Positions 59,581-64,000 of a stretch of DNA of 64,000 nt are shown here, piece after piece; the stretch's first letter is position 1; the number at the start of each line of letters is the position of its first letter. The notes below the pieces were generated by a model. That model was not told the DNA's origin, made no database searches, and saw only the letters and a program-made list of their open reading frames with translations. Source of the stretch: Alphaproteobacteria bacterium (GTDB lineage Bacteria > Pseudomonadota > Alphaproteobacteria > CALKHQ01); contig CBDDFZ010000002.1 of NCBI GenBank assembly GCA_965227515.1, forward strand, positions 544,001 to 608,000, given 5' to 3'. The translations under genes were made by a program, and so were the position numbers.

Positions 59581-60611
59581 CAGCCGTCGCAAAGCTCTGC
59601 ACGGAGCAGACTCCACGCGGCCTGCGTGCGCGGACCGCCGCATTTCAAATTCCATCCATCTCGGCCAGTGTCTGGCAATTCGCCACCACCGTTGTGGGTT
59701 ATCTGGCGATTATGGCGACGATGTATCTGGCGGCGGAGTTCTCTGTCGTGCTGACATTGGCACTATCGGTCCTCGCCTCCGGATTGCTCGTCCGCATTTT
59801 TGTCATTCAGCACGATTGTGGGCACGGCTCATTTTTCCAGTCCCGCCGGGCGAACGATCTTGTCGGTTTCGTCTGTGGCCTGCTGACCTTCACCCCCTAC
59901 CAGTTTTGGAAGCGCCAACACGCCGGCCACCACGGTGTTTGGAACAACCTGGACCGACGACAGTCGGGCGCGGACATCTATTCGTCGTGCATCACCGTTT
60001 CGGAATACCGCGCCATGGGCCGTTGGCGCCGCCGTCTCTACCGTTTGACCCGGCACCCTCTGGTGATCAACATCCTGGCGCCGCCGCTGGTGTTCGTGGT
60101 TCTGTATCGCGTCCCGTTCGACACGCCTAAAGCCCGCGTTCGCGAGCATCGCTCGGTCCACGCCACCACCCTGATCATCGCCGCCATGGCGGTGGGCTTG
60201 GGGTTCGCGTTCGGGTTCGACCGGCTGGCGCTGGTCCATCTGCCGGTGATGATCTTGTCGTCGATCATCGGCGTGTGGCTGTTCAGCGTACAGCACTGCT
60301 TTGAGCGCACCCATTGGCGCCGACAGGCCGATTGGGACTATGCCGACGCGTCCATGCTCGGATCGTCGTTCCTGGACCTGCCGCCAGTGCTGCGCTGGTT
60401 TACCGGCAATATCGGCTTCCACCATATCCACCATCTGAACCCCCGGGTGCCCAACTACCGGTTGCGGGCATGCCACAACTCCCATCCAACTCTGAGCCGG
60501 GCGCCGCGATTCACGCTGATGACGGCGCTGCGACAATGGCGCTATATGCTTTGGGACGAAGACCGGGGTCGCATGGTCAGTTATCGTGCGGCGACGGCAG
60601 GCGGTTCGTAG
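59577..60611 (+). CDS. Membrane fatty acid desaturase
   Basis: Three His boxes HDCGH, HAGHH, HHIHH. Confidence 0.92.
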   Translation: MTAVAKLCTEQTPRGLRARTAAFQIPSISASVWQFATTVVGYLAIMATMYLAAEFSVVLTLALSVLASGLLVRIFVIQHDCGHGSFFQSRRANDLVGFVCGLLTFTPYQFWKRQHAGHHGVWNNLDRRQSGADIYSSCITVSEYRAMGRWRRRLYRLTRHPLVINILAPPLVFVVLYRVPFDTPKARVREHRSVHATTLIIAAMAVGLGFAFGFDRLALVHLPVMILSSIIGVWLFSVQHCFERTHWRRQADWDYADASMLGSSFLDLPPVLRWFTGNIGFHHIHHLNPRVPNYRLRACHNSHPTLSRAPRFTLMTALRQWRYMLWDEDRGRMVSYRAATAGGS

Positions 60612-60792
60612 CGGACCCGCGCCGGGTGCACCGGCGCCTCAAAATGAGCGCTTTTCGCACAAACGTGCGGATTTGTTTCCCGACAAGAAAATAGTTTTCG
60701 TCCCACTTGACGACCCCTTGGCCCGGGGCTAAGTGTCGAATTGCCGGTTGTCACGCCGGTGAGAACGATCAGATCAGGGTAGGGGCGTCACC

Positions 60793-61704
60793 ATGTGCGG
60801 CATCGCCGGCATTCTCTACAAGGACATCGGAGCCAAGCGCAATACGTCTACCGGGCGTGCGCTGATCGACATGCTGGACGGGTGCCAGCATCGCGGTCCC
60901 GACTCCACCGGTTTCGCGCTTTACGGCGACGCAGCACCGGGCCAGTTGCGCATGCGCTTCTTCGTCGGCAGCGGCGACGAGGCCGCGAGCGCCATCCAGC
61001 GCATCAAGGACCTGTTGGCCGAGCGCGGCGCCGAGATCGTCGAGGACGAGGTCATCGGCAACAACTACCGCGTGCTGATGGCGTTCGACGGCGATCTGCA
61101 GAAGCTGGCCTATGACGTGGAGCACGCCGCCAAGGTGATCTCCATCGGCACTTCGCTGGAAATCATCAAGGATATCGGCGGCGCGCACGACGTTGACGAT
61201 GTCTATCACGTGCAATCGTTTTCAGGCACGCACGGGCTGGGCCATGTGCGGCTGGCGACCGAGAGCGACGTGAAGCCGGAAGCGGCGCATCCGTTCTGGG
61301 CCACCGGCTTCGCCGACATCGCCATCGTCCACAACGGCCAGATCACCAACTACTGGAAGATGCGCCGCCGGCTGGAGCAGCGCGGCTTCGAATTCCACAC
61401 CGACAATGACTCAGAACTGATCGCGGTCTATCTCGCCGACAAGCTGCAACAGGGCATCGCGCTGGAAGAGGCGCTGAAGACCTCCATCGACGATCTGGAC
61501 GGTACGTTCTCGTTCCTGGTCTCGACCAAGGACGAGATCGGCTATGCCAAGGACCGCCTCGCGGTGAAGCCGATGGTCATGTACGAGACCGACGACATGA
61601 TCGCGATCGCGTCGGAGGAGGTGTCGCTGAACAAGCTCTTCCCCGGCATGGCGCTGGACACCACCGAGCCGGCCCCCGGCACCTACCGTACCTGGCACCG
61701 GTAG
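60793..61704 (+). CDS. Class II glutamine amidotransferase (GlxB/MgsA/GltB1-like)
   Basis: N-terminal MCGIAG, HRGPDSTG, GHVRLATES, AHPF, VHNGQI, DSE. Confidence 0.9.
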   Translation: MCGIAGILYKDIGAKRNTSTGRALIDMLDGCQHRGPDSTGFALYGDAAPGQLRMRFFVGSGDEAASAIQRIKDLLAERGAEIVEDEVIGNNYRVLMAFDGDLQKLAYDVEHAAKVISIGTSLEIIKDIGGAHDVDDVYHVQSFSGTHGLGHVRLATESDVKPEAAHPFWATGFADIAIVHNGQITNYWKMRRRLEQRGFEFHTDNDSELIAVYLADKLQQGIALEEALKTSIDDLDGTFSFLVSTKDEIGYAKDRLAVKPMVMYETDDMIAIASEEVSLNKLFPGMALDTTEPAPGTYRTWHR

Positions 61705-61772
61705 GGCTCAAGTGAAAGTGCGGGACTCCCAGTGGCTCGGCTGTGCGCGTGACCGGTCACGTTATTCTGTTT

Positions 61773-61859
61773 CGTCATGCTCGGGCTTGTCCCGAGCATC
61801 CACGTCTTGGCAACACCTGATCAAAGACGTGGATGCCCGCAACAAGTGCGGGCATGACG
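61773..61859. repeat. REP doublet (CGTCATG family), inverted orientation, inside the operon
   Basis: cgtcatgctcgggcttgtcccgagcatccacg ... cgtggatgcccgcaacaagtgcgggcatgacg. Confidence 0.9.
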
Positions 61860-61887
61860 GTTCTGTCAAATTCAGTCACGACAACTC

Positions 61888-63873
61888 ATGACCACCAAGA
61901 CAATCGACCTGGCCAAAGTCCCCGTGCGCGAGGCGAACGTGCTGATGCGCGAGATCGCGGCCGCTGGCGACGACATCGAGATCGTCAATCCCGACGCGCG
62001 CCACCACATCGGCGTCGGGCTCACCGTGCCCCATGACGCGCCGAATACGGTGAAGGTGCGCGGGTCCGCCGGCTACTTCTGCGCCGGGCTCAGCGACGGC
62101 GTGCGCTTCGAGGTCGACCACAATGTCGGCTGGGGCCTGGCCGACAACATCTATAACGGCAGCGTCGTCGTCGGCGGCAATGCCGGCGCCATCGCCGGTG
62201 TCGCCATTCGCGGCGCCGAGGTAGTGGTGAAGGGCAACATCGGCAGCCGCGCCGGCCAGGTGATGAAGGCCGGGACCCTGCTGTGCTGCGGCAACGCCAA
62301 TTTCATGGCCGGCTACATGATGTATGGCGGGCGCATCATCATCCTGGGCAACTCCGGCGAGCAGGTCGGCGAAGATATGTCGGCGGGCGACATCTATGTC
62401 GCGGGAGAGGTGCAGTCGCTTGGCTCCGACGCCGAGCTGACCGACCTGCCGGCCGCCGAGCTGGACGATATTCGCGCGTTCCTGGATCGCTACAAGATCC
62501 CGTTCAGCGGCACCTTCCAGAAGGTGCAGAACGCCGGCACCAAGCTACGCTACGGCACCGCCGAGCCGCAGGTGCGCTCGATCCCGTTCTTTTCGTTCTC
62601 CGGCAAGACCGACTACTGGAATACCAAGGTCCAGGAGGACGTCTATATCAAGTCGCAGATCGGCCGGTACCGCATCCGCGGCTATGGCGGCGCGCGCGCC
62701 CTGCCGCATATGTCCGACCTGGCGTTCAGGAAGCCCGTGGTCGCAGAGACGATCCCGTCTAACGTGATCGAGAAGGTCGGCATGTACACCGAGATCGGCG
62801 GCATCAACGGCGCCGATCCGCTGAAGCTGTCGATGCCGGTGATGGTGGCGCCGATGAGCTATGGCGCGCTGTCGGCATCGACCAAGCGCGCCATCGGCAT
62901 GGCGTCCACCCTGTCGAAGATCGCAGAGAACACCGGCGAGGGCGGCATGTCCGACGCCCAGCGCGGCGCCGCCGAGCAGCTTATCTTCCAGTGCCTGGGC
63001 GGGCGCCTGGGCTGGAACATCCACGACATGAAGCGGGCCGACGGCCTGGAAATATACATCAGCCAGGGCGCCAAGCCAGGCCTGGGCGGCCAGTTGATGG
63101 CCAAGAAGGTGACGCCGGAGCTGGCGCGCATTCGCGGCATCCCGCCGGGCATCGACCTGCGCTCGCCGTCTCGCCACCCGGACATCCTGGGCGCCGACGA
63201 CCTGGTGATCAAGGTGCAGGAGTTCCGCGAGGCGACGGGATACAAGCTGCCGGTCTCGGTCAAGCTGGGCGCGGGCCGGGTGCGCGACGACATCAAGATC
63301 GCGACCAAGGACGAGTTCGATTTCGTCGAGCTGGACGGTATGCAGGGGTCGACCGGCGCCGGCTCGGCGGAGGTGCTGGAATATGTCGGTATCCCGACGC
63401 TGGCCGCGATCATCGAGGCGATCGAGGCGCTGGAGGAAATCCATGCGCGCGACAAGATCCAGCTCGTGCTGATGGGGGGCTTGCGCGACGGCATCGACGC
63501 CGTGAAGTCGCTGTGCCTGGGCGCCGACGCGGTGGCGTTCGGCACCGCCACTATCATCGCCGGCGGCTGCATCGCCTGCATGCAGTGCCATATCGGCCAG
63601 TGCGTCACCGGCATCGCCACCCAGGACCCGGCGCACGAGAGCCGCTACAAGCCGGACGTGGAGGCGCAGAACATCCATCGCTTCTTCGAGAGCGTGCGCT
63701 GGCAGATCGCCGCCATCACCGATGCGCTGGGCCATGACAGCGTCACCAAGCTGGGCCGCGACGACCTGGTCGCGCTGACGCCGGAGGCGGCGGCCATCAC
63801 CGGCCTGCCCTACGAGCCGGAGCACCGCGACCTGACCGGCGACATCGCCATCCAGGCCGGGCAAGTGTCATGA
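61888..63873 (+). CDS. Fused GXGXG beta-helix (GlxC/MgsB-like) and FMN-binding glutamate synthase domain (GlxD/MgsC-like)
   Basis: N-terminal GSAGYF, GNIGSRAG..MKAG repeats; C-terminal MSYGALS, NTGEGG, SQGAKPG.GG, C-x5-C-x4-C cluster region (CIACMQCHIGQC), GIATQD. Confidence 0.9.
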   Translation: MTTKTIDLAKVPVREANVLMREIAAAGDDIEIVNPDARHHIGVGLTVPHDAPNTVKVRGSAGYFCAGLSDGVRFEVDHNVGWGLADNIYNGSVVVGGNAGAIAGVAIRGAEVVVKGNIGSRAGQVMKAGTLLCCGNANFMAGYMMYGGRIIILGNSGEQVGEDMSAGDIYVAGEVQSLGSDAELTDLPAAELDDIRAFLDRYKIPFSGTFQKVQNAGTKLRYGTAEPQVRSIPFFSFSGKTDYWNTKVQEDVYIKSQIGRYRIRGYGGARALPHMSDLAFRKPVVAETIPSNVIEKVGMYTEIGGINGADPLKLSMPVMVAPMSYGALSASTKRAIGMASTLSKIAENTGEGGMSDAQRGAAEQLIFQCLGGRLGWNIHDMKRADGLEIYISQGAKPGLGGQLMAKKVTPELARIRGIPPGIDLRSPSRHPDILGADDLVIKVQEFREATGYKLPVSVKLGAGRVRDDIKIATKDEFDFVELDGMQGSTGAGSAEVLEYVGIPTLAAIIEAIEALEEIHARDKIQLVLMGGLRDGIDAVKSLCLGADAVAFGTATIIAGGCIACMQCHIGQCVTGIATQDPAHESRYKPDVEAQNIHRFFESVRWQIAAITDALGHDSVTKLGRDDLVALTPEAAAITGLPYEPEHRDLTGDIAIQAGQVS

Positions 63874-63883
63874 GCCCCAAGTC

Positions 63884-64000
63884 ATGAGTAACGTCTACAA
63901 CGTGAACCGCATCGACACGCCCGACGTGCCGCCGGACTACGAGGACCACGTGCGCGAGGCGCATTACGTGCCCGCACCCTGTCAGGTGGCGTGCCCGGTC
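63884..64000 (+). CDS. Partial Fe-S flavoprotein (GltD-like small subunit), truncated by the window end
   Basis: MSNVYN...PAPCQVACPV; only 39 codons visible. Confidence 0.6.
   Translation, partial: MSNVYNVNRIDTPDVPPDYEDHVREAHYVPAPCQVACPV

Overview
GC-rich alphaproteobacterial chromosome segment, Rhodospirillales-like by gene content and order (inference). A core block at about 22.4-43 kb holds ftsK, a dapC-like aminotransferase, amtB-glnK with tandem NtrC-type boxes and a sigma54-type promoter, a ubiH/ubiL-type hydroxylase, alkA, gluQ, a CNNM transporter, aroB, aroK, xerD, accA, phbB and ltaE. Accessory regions flank it on both sides. The best candidate for an undescribed system is at 4.8-12.5 kb. 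It comprises ycaO-tfuA (backbone thioamidation machinery), a stand-alone papain-fold deamidase-like protein, a cytoplasmic gluzincin metallopeptidase and a 221-aa protein ending in three synonymously diverged TAGGAAG(W) repeats (candidate multi-core precursor or substrate). It faces a class III nucleotide cyclase-TPR protein with altered active-site residues. Other points of interest are a flavodoxin-quinone-reductase/MenA prenyltransferase fusion, a palindromic repeat inserted in-frame in an ABC permease, a 16-bp intergenic tandem array, an ECF sigma factor with a Cys-rich tail, a cspA-desaturase cluster and a split, domain-permuted glutamate synthase/N-methylglutamate synthase-like operon. 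At least 13 REP-like palindromic elements are present. No rRNA, tRNA, CRISPR array or transposase was seen. All product calls come from motif recognition only; no database searches were run.
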